DNA of 64,000 nt from positions 109,447 to 173,446 of the forward strand of contig DF237095.1 in the NCBI GenBank assembly GCA_000708835.1, written 5' to 3'. Each line of letters opens with the position of its first letter. The stretch's first letter is position 1. Source of the DNA: Klebsormidium nitens. Taxonomy: Eukaryota; Plantae; Klebsormidiophyceae. Below are positions 22,120 through 42,900 of this stretch, piece by piece. Both the position numbers and the translations under genes were made by a program. Below the pieces are notes generated by a model. That model saw only the letters and a list, made by a program, of their open reading frames with translations, searched no databases and was not told the origin of the DNA.

Positions 22120-25100
22120 GCATAAGCTCCAGCGCAGCCCCGACACACTGGCGAGGGGCAGTCTTTCCGGTCGAGAGACTCCAGATCTCATAAGGTCTCC
22201 CCGCGCCCGACAAAATGGGCGCTGTCTCTGGCCGTGTCTGGGAGCCCGGAGGGGGGCGTTGCAGGGGCTTGCAAGCTTTCTCTTCTTGTGTAGCACCGCA
22301 CTCATCTGCTTGACAACATGTGAGCCCAACGACTGCGCATCTACTGCTTGTTCCCAGTTCCAGGGACACATCTCTGATCAAGCGATGCAAACGATGCCAT
22401 GCCTTTCAAGCTGTCAAAAATGTGGTGCGCGCTCGCTTTCCAAGAGATGTACTTGTCGTCAGAACCTGTCAGAATAGCTCCCGCTTCCACACTCTTCTTC
22501 CGATGCCAGCATGTTGCCGTTGCAGGGCTGATGGATTACACCGCAAACCTGCCCCAATTGGGTCCCGGGAGTTTTGAAAACTGATTGACAAAGAAGTCTG
22601 TCTCATCCGCAGATCTAAGTGTGCCCGATAGCCCAGCCTTAGAGAGCTCCACCACAAACCCCAAAGCCGCAGCCACTCGGGTTCTCTCGGCCGGCGCTTT
22701 CGGACGGAACGACTGGACTGTCAAAGAGGCATTGGTTTCACCTGATTCTGATACATTAGAGAATGAAAGTCTACAATTGATAAGAACGAAAGGGGTTGCT
22801 GGCGAAACGGGAACAAGTCTTGACGAGCGACATGATCGGACAGGGGGGGAGGAAAATGTGGCGCTGGGCCAACTCGACGTGCGAGTTGGTGCACTTGAGA
22901 GGGAAAAGAAACTAGGGACGGGGAATGTTTTGGACGACTTGCCGCCCGAAGCTTGGGAGCCCTGCCACTGGTGCAGAAACGAGAGCGTTGGGGGAGGTTT
23001 CAGCTTTTCATCACAGGAAGCCACGTGTCCTGGCCGAGAAGCGGATGCCAACGGGCAGCCTTACCGTGAGTCTACTTTCGGGACGGTGACTTCTTAAGCT
23101 TGGAGTATCGCACGATTCTGCGAATACCCTTTCTTTGATCTCACGAGATCCAGCAGAACTTTCGGATTCGCCACTTAGGGAAAGTTTAGCAGGCAGTAAG
23201 CATGGTCCCACAGCGAAAGTGCTTTCTAATGCTTGAAGGAAGGCTAGGTAATCGTTGTAGCCCTGCTGTCGGCGACAATTCATCGTTCTCCGTAAACGAG
23301 CGACCCGAATGTCCAAAGGTTCCGGTTGCGGGGACGTCAGATCGAAAGTTCGCCAAACAATCTCAACGCCGAACTTCTGCACGTGACTCACTCTCAGCCA
23401 ATCTGAACGGCTGAATACCAAGAAGAATTGATGCGTTCATCCAGGGGGAAATGCATATCTATGCAGATGATTCGCCCCGCACAAGACACCACTTCCTAGG
23501 GGAAAGATAACATTAAGAAAAAGGACACTCACTGATTACTAGCTTGCGAGAGCCATTTGAGCGGAACGATAGCATATTAAACGACATTTTCACGACACTG
23601 TGGTGCGTAGTATTCGCGGCGTCGGTAAATCAACCGATTCCCCGTTCCGCTCCGCAGGCATCCGGGGCTTCATCATCCCCGAAACGACCGGCGGGCTGAA
23701 CCAGATCCGCCGCTACATCTGCAACGCGGTGGGGCTCGCGCACCTTTTGCACGCCGCCCTAGTTCTCCCGCGCCTGCAGGCGGACGTGTTCTGGAAGGAC
23801 GGCGGCGCGTTTGAGGACGTCTTCGACGTCGATCATTTCATCGGACGGCTGAGAGGCGTCGTCCCCGTGGTGCGCGAGCTGCCGAAGATTCTGCAAGGGC
23901 TGCCGCCGACCGAGATCAAAGTCAGCCGCTTCGACAAGTGAGTGCTACTCATTGGTTCTAGGGGTCAGATCTGGATGTCGAATCCAATTCATTGAGCGGT
24001 GCTCAGTCCGCTTCTGCATGTTCAAGATAATCTTTCAGACCCAATGTAACACTTTGTGTCAAATTTCAATCGAGCATCTCGCGTGAGCTCTGGGTACAAA
24101 ACTCCTCACAGCGTCCGAAGAAAGCTTTGCATCAGAAGGGAAACGCTTCGCAGAATAACGGGTTCGCGAAATCGCCTCCGCTTTGATTCGAAGCACCCTG
24201 AACATCGCCACGAACCCGCTTCAAAAGCTCATCTTCATTGCTGACAGCCGTTAGAATGCCGCGCAGCCAAGTTCTCACCTTCTTTTTGTAACATCGAGCC
24301 CCCAGCCGCAGGCCGTCTGACTACGTCCGGTGGGTTCTACCAGTTCTCCAACGGCGGGCAGTCATCAAGCTGCGAGCCCGGTTTGGGGGCGAGTACGAGC
24401 CCGGGTTTGACCACTTCGAGCAGGCTCGGTGTCGGGCGTGCTTTGGCGCGTTCAAGTTTGTGGACCATGTTGCCGAAACGGGGGAGTTGCTGCTGGCGAG
24501 AATGAGAGAGAAAGGGCGGTTTGCGGCGCTGCACCTCAGATTCGAGCCCGATATGGTGAGGAGAACTTTTGAAGTCAGTCTTCCAGATTCTCCCTCGACT
24601 GTAAGGCAGGAAAAGATTCTGCTTCGGAGCTTTCCGTCCAAGGTGTCAGCCAGAAGGTGACTGAGACACCTCGAGTAAGCGGAGGGCCTTGTTTTCCTGC
24701 AGTCGATACGTGGCTTTCCCACATTGTGTACGCATCTGGAAAGACTTTAACCGACTTTTGTTGACAGGAAAGGAAAAGGGAGTATGAGTCGGACAGGAAG
24801 ATTGCTCGATCGAAAAGGGTGGCATCGAACGGAAAATCACGAGCAAACAGTCTTGCTATGCAAGAGAAGAGTTTTCAACGGCAGAACGTTGACGAGCGGC
24901 AAAGTAGAGGAATTTCGACTCTTTTCCGGCAGGCTATTTCTACTGGACCTTTAACCGGTTGCCGCTTGTGGCCCAAACACACAGATCCTGCGTCCATCCC
25001 TGCCAGGTGGCCTTCTCCCGGTGTGACTACCCAGACCTGCTCCCCGCTTCCGCTGACGTCTTACAGAGCATCCGGTCAACGAGCCGGAAGTTCAACAAGC

Positions 25101-25633
25101 GGAAACAGGTGGAGGCGGCGGAACTCCGGCGGCAGGGCCTGTGCCCGCTGACCCCCGCAGAAACCGCTAAGGTTTTCCTCGCGCTTGGGATCCCTACCGA
25201 ATTGCCGGTGTACCTGGCGACGGGGGACTTTCTGGAGCCGGAAGGGCTGACGTCGGTGTACCGTAACACGTTCCGAAAAAGCGATCTGCTGACGAAAGCA
25301 GAGCTGGAGCCGTACGGGGGTAGGGCAAACCTCTTGGTCGCGTTGGATTTCTACGTGGCAACTAGGAGTGACTACTTTCTGGCGACGTTCTATTCAAACG
25401 TGGAGCAAATGGTGGTGTCCGATCGGACGCTCAGCGGCCGGAGGCACAGCTTGATTTTGAATCGGACGGCTGTGGCGGAAGCGCCGGCACATGAGGGGGA
25501 GTGGCCAACATTCAAGGCTATGATGCTGAGGTCTCATCTAGGAGAACAGGTTACGGTGCAGGCGGGGCAAGTGCCCGAGAAGTTGCCGTACTGTATGTGC
25601 CCAAAACGGACGTCAAGCGAAGGTGCCCGTTGA
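22120..25633 (+). CDS. O-fucosyltransferase family (GT106-like) type II membrane protein; start codon unresolved
   Basis: Exons ~22120-22319, 22613-23065, 23658-23937, 24312-24555, 25007-25633 with consistent phases. Hallmark motifs 'GGLNQIRRYICNAVGLAHLL.A.LVLP', 'FEDVFDVDHFI', 'ALHLRFEPDMVAFSRC', 'GLCPLTPAET', 'ALDFYVATRSDYF'. N-terminal TM anchor after RR. Confidence 0.9.
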
Positions 25634-26660
25634 AATGTTCCTGTCGTAGTGCGTCGACTTAATCCTGTGCACTCACATCGGGTCAACTTAGCTTTCTGAC
25701 GGCTCGTTAATTTGGATCTCTTCAAAAACACCGGAAAGTCCTTGATCATTTGTGGCTAGCGCTATAGATGCATGATCATTATGGCTCGTCGTCACCGAAG
25801 GTGCGCTTGAGAATGAACGAATCATGAAATCTGCATGATCGGCGGATGCCATGGTCTCGAGACTCGCCACAGCGGTCTTCGCTCACGCGAGTGGCCCCAT
25901 GCCATATGCCAGTACGCCCTGACACAAACCGTCTTCGCCCAAGATTTATTGGCACCCGCAATTTATAGCATCATGCATACTTTTATTTCAATGATGACTG
26001 TGATGCAAGCGTACGAGACGATGTGTACATATCGATCCATCATTCAATCATGTGCGGCGGTTTTCGAATCAACTCTCGTTGAAGAGTCAGTTGGAGGTTT
26101 GATATGACATTGACAAAGTTTACATGGCCGCTTGCTGCCATGAGCCCAAGGGCCCCGCCGGGGGCAACTGGCCGTACATAGGTCGGACCATGCATGGAGC
26201 CTCTGAGGCACATCTGAATCGAGAGCCAACTTTCATGTAGGTACCGTCAGCGTCTGCAGCCATCCACTTACTGTCTCACATGGGCGACCGTTAATGCTTA
26301 TTCCGTGACTCGAGTTCAAGGACGCGAAGGATCAGCAACGTGCCACGTACTGCCGCCTGGGAACATAGATGATTGACATGCCGGGGAGATTGCTAGACCC
26401 ATTTAAGTGTGTGTACCGGCGTCGCATGCGCGCACATAGGAATGGGAAATGGGGCAACACGTAAGCTCGAGCTCCAACGTGCAAACTCAAATCAAGTCGC
26501 ATAAAGGTGAAGTCAAAGTGACCTTGTGCTAAACGTTCAAGTTACTCAGAAACTATTATCCTTATACTAACTACTGTGATACACAGTGGGCATACCGTAA
26601 GCAAATTAAGCTGCGCGCGTGCAAATACAACCTCACGAACTTGGTGACAAAATGAGACGG

Positions 26661-29131
26661 TCAGTTCTTTGACTCAATCTCGGAGAAAACGCGATTGTAA
26701 AGCTCGATCAGACTTCGCAACCCAAACAGAAAGTTGGTATCTGGCTCTCCCTTCCCATCAACTACATGAGCAAAATCAATCAATCGGACTTCCAGCGGGC
26801 TCGTCGGAGGGGATGCAGAGGCGCCTTCTTTGGAGTGGTCCGCTTCAGGTGACTCGGACTGTTGGGCCTTCGGTTGAGTGGAGCTGTTTGACGGGACATC
26901 TGACGAGATGCTATCGTACATGAGAAGCAGAGATGCCGAGTAGAAATGATACGTCCCCTGGCTTTCAAACCTGCAAAACGAACAGACCGATATCAGCCCG
27001 CTGAAAGAAGAAGAACTAATCTCGACATGTATCGGACTCGCTGGAGTTTCGAGGCTGCAAAGCGTCAATTCCCCTTAGCAATAGAAGGATCGGCGACTCA
27101 TTTCACGCAGGGGGTTCCAGAGAAAACAAACTGCCACTCTCAAGTCTGCAAGTCTTTCCAGCTCCGAAGTGTGCGCTGTTTTCGCCACTGCAGGACCAAC
27201 AGACATCCGTCGCTTCACCAAGATAATTTCAGGCGCAGATTTAGAAAAACATGCATGTCCAAAAGACGGTCTGGACATGATCCAGGCAGCAAAACGGCTT
27301 ACCACTGCTGGAACTCCTTCAGCCGAGCCAACAAATCGTGGATCCTGGCCACCGCGTTGCGCCTTGACACCTCATCGTCGAACGGGAGAACGAATCGTTT
27401 CAAGGCCCCCGCGGTGCCTTGCGCGTCCAGGCTCTTCCCCCATTGCCTATCCGCACGCCAGGTGTCCCCTGTCCTCGGATCAAAGATCTGCAAGGACGAC
27501 ATTCTCATTAGAAGCAGCAAGAGTGAGGCAGCGAAAGTGAAGCAGCTGTGATCGAGTCACTTCCGTTTGCCTGATCAATTTTCGTCGTTCCAAAGGGAAT
27601 CTGTGACGAACGCAGCTTTGGTCAGCCCTTGAATGATCATAACACCCCGCTCATCAGATTGAGCTGTTCCCAAGGTCAGAACTCTCCCGGCCCCATGGAA
27701 GCAGAACGACTGCCGATGCATCCCGCAATGCTTCCCTACTTGTCTTTCCATCTTGCGGACTCTTGTTACTGAGAGCACAGGCTCACCTGCATGCCTGACA
27801 CTCTGAAACCAAGCTCTGGAGACGGGGTCGTGGCATCCTTGGCCCTGCACCCAAGAGTTGTGAATGTTTGAAGACACGGAAACTTCCAAATAAGAAGGTG
27901 TCGCCAACCTAGGCAGATAGGCTACTTGCAAGTTAAGTCAGTGTTTTCAGATGTTTGCAAGAGTTGAGCCCTATCAAATCAGGCCTCGCCAAGATGGTTG
28001 AGCAATCCTGATCTTGGTTCAGGGGGCAAGAGCGCAACCAAGGATTACCTACCTACACTTTTGTTCGTACTCTTCACTGCAGCCTGGGTACCACGTCTGC
28101 TTCCCCATCTGCAAACAAAGAAACACCCAAGTCAAATCTACATCTGTCAGCTTCTCACTTGTTTGAATTGACAGAGTCCCTCCTCCCTCCACGCACCCTC
28201 CACTACATGTGACATTAGGCACAGATACTGACCACCTGACCAGTGATGTTGAGTTTACTTTGCACACAGAAGATGTCCATCTTGCGACCAAATACTCTGC
28301 ACATTGGCTTACCAACCAAAGCGAGGCATGAAACAAGAGCTCACCTTGATATCCACAATGCTTGGATTCTTGTACGCATGCGTCAAGTCTTCCAGCGCAG
28401 CATGCTTGAGCTTCCCAACCGGACCAGCAGCTTCCAGCTCTTTCACACCGAAGAACTTTGGGAAGAAGCACTTGATGCTGGCAGGCACAGATTCATCCTG
28501 CCAGAATTTGTCGTAGAATGCCACCTCCCTCTCCCCTCTTTCATCTCCTTGCAGTGGTTTGAAGAAGAGGCCACTCCCGTCCACTAGCGATCCAACACGT
28601 CCTTCTGAGGTGTTCAAAAGATTCATCGGCATGAGGATCTCTACGAGAATGATGGAGCACCTTACGTGGTTGCATAGACAGAGGACTGCAGTGAGAACTA
28701 CATGCAACAAGAGCTCCTTGAATCTGTACACAGTTTGCAGCTGACTTGATCCTTCTTCCTTCCATTTTGCAGGTTTGGTACCAAAACACTGAAACATAAC
28801 TGTCACCATTGCTTCCAGAGCTACCCACCTTCAAATCGATGTCCTGCAACTTGGTTCTTTGACGGGATATATCTCTGAAATTGGAAGGACGACGCACATC
28901 AGAAGCTTTGGAAAAGCAGCAGGAGCACACAGCTAGGCTCCTGCACTAAAATGCAATGCCACATGTGGACTAGGGCTTTTCAGAATCTCCTTGTTCAGAT
29001 GCATCAGCTTAGATCACAAGAAGTTCAGTCGATTGCCATCAAAGAAAGCAGCTAAAAGCACCAGCAAACATTCAGAGCACAGAGAACAAAGGAGATGATT
29101 CGAACTAGGAGCTCACGTTGGGAGACGCCAT
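26661..29131 (-). CDS. IPK2: Inositol polyphosphate multikinase, 7 exons, ~309 aa
   Basis: Exons 29131-29117, 28874-28829, 28604-28345, 28108-28053, 27844-27787, 27487-27303, 26970-26661 (930 nt). Motifs QVAGH, FFKPLQ, PSIVDIKMG, LGFRVSGMQ, SLLLMYD, VRLIDFAH. Confidence 0.95.
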
Positions 29132-29786
29132 GATCCTCCTTCGACCGGCTTCCTTGTGCAATCTACCTAGCTCTGCCGCACTGCATTGGCATCGCTGTCG
29201 ATCAGACTTGACAAGAAAAGCAGTGGTGAGGAGGGAGTGTGAAAATCCTCTCTGTCAGGTGGCTGTCTCGACGGTTTCGGAACGGCGTCAACCGCGCGAC
29301 CATCGTGCAATCACATTGCGTCGATTCAACTTGAGAACCGTCCCTCCTTCGGCTGCCAGTTGGTAAGTTGTCGAGCCTATTCCCACTGCTCGCTGCCCCC
29401 GCTACGTAGACGCCGAACTAGGTACTACTATTAATAGTAGCGGGTTTCTTTTGTGCCTGGACTGTCCAGGTGTTCACTTCATTCAAAGTTTCCACTCATT
29501 GCGGACACTTGGACTGCGTTGTTGTTCAACTTCAACTTAAAGGTTTACGTCACGTTCAGGGCGCCTGGTTCTTTTTGTCCTGAACATACTCACAAGGTGA
29601 ATTCATCAAGCTAATTCCTCTCCTTCGTCTTGCTCCTTGCCCCGGGCGCCTTGCCAAACCCCGTCCTCAGACGAGCAATTGGCCGGCTTTCATGTGGCCT
29701 CAAAGCTCCGAGCGCTTCTTCGTGCAAAGTTTCTCTTCTTGGGCGCAGCTCTTTCTAGCCAGTCGTCGCTCCGCCGTCGTACCACC

Positions 29787-29803
29787 ATGCCATTGTCGGC
29801 AAG

Positions 29804-29810
<7 letters not shown>
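29787..29810 (+). other. Upstream ORF (7 codons) overlapping the CNOT11 start codon
   Basis: ACCACC-ATG CCA TTG TCG GCA AGA TGC TAA; out of frame with the ATG at 29804, and its stop lies just past that ATG. Confidence 0.5.
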
Positions 29811-36691
<6,881 letters not shown>

Positions 36692-38167
36692 GCCCCTTTA
36701 GGCAGATCCTTCCTGTTCTTCTCAGGATCTGCAACCCACCCACAACTGTAAGCGAGTGTGACAAATCAAGGATGGGAGGTGTTCATCAAGCATGTGGAGT
36801 GTTATACTAGTCGGTCCTTTGGAGTGCATTCAAATGAAATGTTATTAACAGAGGGAGGAATCCGCACTCCAAGTTGCAGCGCTGTCTTACATGTGCTGTA
36901 GCATTGGGTGACGTTCGTTTGGTCTTCGGCAATCTGCATACTTGCTGTGCGTCACCTGTTTGCAAACCGGCAGTGTACTATCTGCTTCGTCAACTCTAGC
37001 TTCCAAGTCGAACCCAACCGTTTAACGTGCGCCATGTGACAGGAACGAGAAGAGCCAGCCTTCCTTGTCGAGTCCGCCCAAGCAGCCTTCTCTTAACTCG
37101 GCGTCAAAAACAAGGTCGCCTTCTCCAGGCGCTTAAACGACTCTCTAAGGGCCTAGAGACGAGCAAGTCATTTCTAACAATCAAAACAGCCCATTGCTGC
37201 CCGCTATTCCGGTGACCTTCCGAGATCGAGCTCGGATTGGAGCTTTCTGGTGCTCTATTTCACCGTCTGTTTTGACTTCATGAACTGGTCTGTGACCCGT
37301 CTACAACTGAGGCACGCTTGTAGCTGCTGTTCTTTGGACCGCCTAAGCCACTTGTATGGACGATGACAATGTGTTTCGTGATAATGCGCGTGATAATGCG
37401 TGAACGTCTCTGGTTCCCAAATCTGCATGTCATGAATTGCTTGAATGACATGGGTGTTCGACTGCACAAGCCCGAAGCATGAAACATCTTTGAGCTAGGC
37501 ATCATCTTTTGCACACATAACCTGCAGGCGGGCATATCAGTGTGTCAAGCTGCTGCCTTCAGACATGCCATGTCATTAAGTCCTTCTAGTATGCATGCAG
37601 CGGCAGTTAGCCAGCTAGTCCCGGGCCAACTATCATCGTCTCACAGGGCCCCGCCACCTTTATATCTTCACGTATACTGCATTCTCATATTCAGTCACTA
37701 CTGTGCAGTATTTACAAAGAGCCCCACGTACTGCCTAAAGCTTCCGCTGACGGTGTACACGCAACGGAATGCAGAAACGGCCAATTCAATTTCACAAGAT
37801 CCCACATGTGCCAGAACGCGCTCCTGATATGGTTGATCCAAGACAGTATGCAGTGAGCCGCTAGTGTATGGATTAAATATATTATGAATCTATAGCGGGG
37901 CCGCCTAAGTCCAGTGCTTAACACGTGGCCAAGCACATGCTGAGCCAAGCATGATCCCATAATCAATGCTGATCTGGGAGTCACCTTTCAGTACCAGGGC
38001 ATTCTTTCAAGGTTTACCAACCAACTGTTTCTCAGGAACTTGTGACATCAAGTGTCTTGGGCAAAACTGTGAAGACAAACCCATATCCTCGCAACCCCAA
38101 AGTTACATGGCAACATGTCGAGAAACTATTTTCTCAAATGTTCGTTTCTGACATTCCGGCCGCCTTC

Positions 38168-39288
38168 CTACAACTCGCCAGAATGCATCATCTGGCCTAA
38201 AAGCTCCTCTTCCTCGATGCAGAGAATTTTGCAATCTGAGAGAGGTTTGGAGATGCACATGAGGGCAAAACCTTTTTCTTGCACGTCGTCGCTCAACATG
38301 CCCTCCGACTGGTCAACCTGCAGAAGCAAACAAGCAATCAAAACCCTGATCGGTGTCACCAAATTGTAACAGTAGACACTCTACTCGCTGGGAAAACTAG
38401 TCCGTTGTTGGGGATACTATGGTGTTTGCCTTTCAAATCAGCATCACAAACATTCTCTATGGTGGAAGCCAGAAGCCAAGCTGGACAAGTACTTCTTTGA
38501 GGAAGCGGCTTTGTTCCGAGTTGGTCTACTAATCAAACGTCATGCCACTTCATACCAGAGGGTGAGAGGGGCCAGAATGAGGAGTGGCGACAATTCATAA
38601 AGTTTCAAGCACTGGCCACATACACGCACATCTTATCAAAGGCATTCTGACTTCTTCTCAAATCAGATCTTTACGTTCCCTTAGGAAAAAGCGTTCCAGG
38701 CTTGACACGAAGACACTTGAATCCGGTTCAAATATCCTAAACGACACGGCATTGCTCAATGGTTATCCTATTCAGCTTCTTGCCCGAGTCCGGGACATTA
38801 CAAGGTAATGGTGAAGACACGCAAGGAACTCACCGTTTGCTGTGCAAGAAACAACAGACTTGAAACGAACTCAAGAAAACCTGCCTTTCGGCCCTCACCT
38901 GTCCAGACAGCAGTTTTGCCGGACATGTCATGCAAACCCCTAGCTTGCAGTCATGCGGAAGGTCAAGCCCCGCATCAATGGCCGCTTCCAAAATGTAAGA
39001 GTCTTCGTCAATGTGCAGCTTGTATGTTTCACTCCCCTTCTCAATCTCCACAGTGTACTCCTGACCCCTGCAGGCCATTCGCCTCCGAGCGAGCGGTTTG
39101 CTAAACCCTGCTAAACACCTGCCTAGTGCACCAGAACCTGGCGCAATAAGGTTTCTACTTTGAGGGACATACTGGGGGGCTGTGCGTGGCTGACGAAGGG
39201 AGCTGTGTGCTGAAGAACTAGAAGCGGAACATGATGCCAGGTTCAGGACGGTGGTGGCAGAGGAGCCAACCGCTGCCTCCAGAGCCAT
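38168..39288 (-). CDS. FdC1: Chloroplast ferredoxin C1 ([2Fe-2S], C-terminal extension), 2 exons
   Basis: Exons 39288-38899 and 38317-38168. Motif '[29 protein letters not shown]...G.AL.C', a transit-peptide-like N-terminus and an acidic C-terminal extension 'IEEEELL'. Confidence 0.92.
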
Positions 39289-39604
39289 GGTGTTGTTTTC
39301 TTAACGATGTGTCACAACGGGTTTCACTAGCCTGCAGAACTTCTTTCTGCAATCCAAACACGAGCTTCTGAGGATATACAAGGGCGCCCCACCCTCCCGC
39401 CAACACTTCAGAAAAGTAGCTGCCGCTGAAGCAACGTGTTTCAGCAGAGCTCACAACGATGAAACGCGACCAACGTGCCTGACATGGGAGAGAGGATGAC
39501 GGCCGCTCACTCCTGAGGAAGAACCACCGCTTGCAATGCAGTCGCCATTGAAGTTTCTCCTTCCACGGGCGTGCAAGCTAGCGAGCTTCTGAGCCTCTAG
39601 TTTC

Positions 39605-39655
39605 TAGCCAATCACAGCCAAGAGTCGTACCACGTGTTAAGTCATGACGTCAGCT
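39605..39655. promoter_or_regulatory. Candidate cis-element cluster in the FdC1/CLC-f divergent promoter
   Basis: CCAAT (39608), G-box CACGTG (39631) and palindromic TGACGTCA (39645) lie within 45 nt, midway between two divergent start codons. Function not shown. Confidence 0.4.
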
Positions 39656-39923
39656 GGAGCCGCTGCTGTTGCTAAAATCGTCCCCCCCGGAAAAAGTGAA
39701 TTGGGCAAAAATGGCGCACGGATATCAAGGGAGTTGCATCATGGTGTCATGCTCACCAAGAACACACAGAACGGTTGACAAAGGCGGCGTTATCCTTGGG
39801 CTTTTCTGTGAGCAGGCAGGGATGCAGCGCTTTCTTTGAGCTGATGACCCGCTGCGAGAGGCGACCCTCAGGATTCTGATTAATTGTAAACGTTGAGCGG
39901 AGGAGGATCAGTTCGTACTGAGA

Positions 39924-42900
39924 ATGTCGCCGCCTGTTCAGGAGTCCCGGCCCCTGCTAAATCCTGGGCCAATCTCTTCTGATCAAGATGGGGATCTAGA
40001 AGAAGGCAGCGCAGTGAAGCGGATAACCACACACCCCGCATCTAGAGAAAAAGCAAAACCGTCAGGACAGCCTTTCAATTGGCGAGCACCCTGGGGAGAC
40101 AGGGCGCCTCCAGAATGGGCTGTGTTGGTGCTGGGTTGCACAATTGGCTTGTGCTCAGGAGCAAGTGTTGTTTTGTTCAATCTGACGGTGAGTAAACTTG
40201 CATTTTCCCTGGGGCGCAGCGTTTTTGCTCCTATGGAAGAGCCCCTTGCCTGGAACCTGGCATGGTCCAGAGTTCAGCTGGATAAGGTTCCCATGACTGG
40301 CGTTCTGCAACATGGTGACTTCAGCTTAGGGTTCCATTCATTCCTACAAGTGTCTGTGAAGGTTGGAAGGTCTTCCAAAATGCAAAATTAGGGTTATGCT
40401 GAATACCCTCTGAAGCCTCCCGCTCAGTCAGCTCATCTGCAGAGTGAATTCACATGAGGGACAGCCAGGTTCTTTGATATTGTTGATAACTCTCTTAATC
40501 ATGCCTTATTTGATTACTGGGGTAGCTCCAACCATCCTGAGCTGGTTGGCAGGGGCACATTGGCGGACGCACACATCACTTCATCTGTTTCATGAGCAGG
40601 CGCAAGCTTGTGCCGCAATTGACCATATGGGAGCTTCCGCAAGTTGTCAAATCGTGTTCCCATCAAGTTTGTCATGAGGCAAAAACAGGGGGAAAGGGCT
40701 TTGCCAAAACTTAGGGGAATCAACTAGATGTATTTATAAGCAGTGAATCTGCATACTGTACTATGAACGGTCTTCAACTACAATCCTCGGAAGGAGCTCC
40801 GTTGTCAGGTTCTCATGTAGCATCCTATTCTGGCCGCTCATTTTCAAGACCAAACGACAGAGAGCATGCCTCTGCGGTGGCCACTGACAACGCCAAATCA
40901 AATTGTCTAGCTAAAAGTCAATATTCTGGGCCGTCACCACTTGTCTGGTCCATCTGTGCCATCTGCCAATGGACCCGCAGCAGATACACTAGTGGAGAAT
41001 GACGGCACTGCCATGTTTAGCTGGTTAGCTGGTCCTCTTGTCTTATTTCGCCCGCTGCAAAACAGCATCCTCATAGGCCCTCCCAACTGATCAACAGCTC
41101 TAAAGCTCCTGGCCAGCCTTAGCTTCTCCCTTCCATGCCTTATCGAAGGAACCGGGCAATCTAGCTGGAGCTCGATTGTTTCTGTGCGCATCTTCACTGG
41201 AAGAGGACTACAAGACTCCAAAGTTCACTTTCTGTACACAACGGGTTTGATGGAAGCTGCATGGCCTGTCCATAATAGCAGAGTCTACAGATAAGGAGAG
41301 TAGCCTAGTAGATACCCAGATTCAGAACATTTAATTTGCAGGTGCATGGGATCCACCATGTGGCCTGGGCAGGGACGCCAACCACGGGGGCTGCCTGGCT
41401 CAGGATGCAACATCTGTCCGACACCTGGCATCGGATCATGCTCATTCCTGTCTGTGGGGGGGTGGTTGTGGGAATGCTGCACGGCTTGGTTGGAATCATT
41501 GAGAACATCAGCCCGGTAAGTGGACAAGCAAGCGCCACAGGTTCCAGCGGCATGATTTAGTGCCCTTCTCAGCTGCAGGTCTAGTTTGCCAGTAGATTGA
41601 CCAAGCTCAACCCCGTGCAGTGAAAGGATTTTTTGCGTCAGAAGCAAGGAGGAGATCGTCCAACAATTGTCTTGGACAGCTTGCTGGTCATAAGGGGAGC
41701 TAAAGATTGACGAGTCGGCTTTCTAGAACTTGAGGTTGAAAGCAATCAGTGAGATTCAAGCTGTGCACGGGCACAAGTCCCCTGCAGATCGATAAGGCTG
41801 GCGCGTGGTCGGTCAGAAGTCTCTGAAGACGTGCTAAGGGAAGAGAGCAGTTAACAATTTAACGCAACAGACAAGGGTTCCACCTCAAACCTGATATCAA
41901 CCGACAGCTCTTTCCATCCCTGGTTCTCACCTGAGTTTGCCACACCTTTTTGGCAGGCTGCCGGCCATTCACACGGTTTGGTCGACAAGCTGAACCCGAT
42001 AGCCGCAGTGAAGCCTATCATCAAAGCGATCCAGGCTGCTGTAACTCTGGGGACGGGGTCTAGTTTGGGACCTGAGGGGCCAAGTGTGGATATCGGCAAG
42101 GCGTGGGCGAGTGGTCTGGCGGACATCCTGAAGAACAGCCGGCAGAACAAGATTGCGCTTGTGGCGGCGGGAGCGGCGGCCGGGCTTGCGGCGGGTGAGG
42201 ATTTTGATAAAAGTACTTGGGGGTTCAGGATCGTATAAGACCGGCTGAAGTTCGAAGTATGAAACTCGCGGTTTGCGTCTGGGGAAAAGGAGCTGATTTG
42301 CGACAGTTGAACACTGCTTAGTAGAGACGAGGGTTGCGATGTTGGTGGGTTGATTGTGTTTGGTCACCAGACGCTTAAGCTGCAAATTTGTTCGATGAAC
42401 TGGGATCAGAAGCGATGTTATGGTGTGTTAAAGTCCTGGAGTGAGTTCGAGTTGTTCCATCGCCGTTCTTGAGCTCGTAAGACTTGACTACCTTCCTTGA
42501 CAAGCTGTCGACGATGCCTTGGCCACGCTTCCGACAACCTCCTCTCTGGCCGCATGTGGCCACACACAGCTGGACCTATCTGCTCACTTCATACACTGAG
42601 CCTCTACTTGCATGATGCAGGCGGATCAATACTCAACCAAATACGACTTCTTTTGCAGGTTTCAACGCCGCCATTGCTGGCTGCTTCTTTGCTGTCGAGA
42701 CAGTGCTCCGGCCGGCATCCGGCGAAGCGGCTCCGACCCTCACCATCTCAATCGTCATGATGGCCTCCGTACTGTCGTCCACCGTAGCCAGAGTGTTCCT
42801 GGGTGCGGCGCCCGCTTTCACAGTCCCGGAGTACGAGCTTCGCTCCGCCGCAGGTAAGCTGAGAACAGCACAGTTTTCAATCTCAGCGAGCGAAGCGTTC

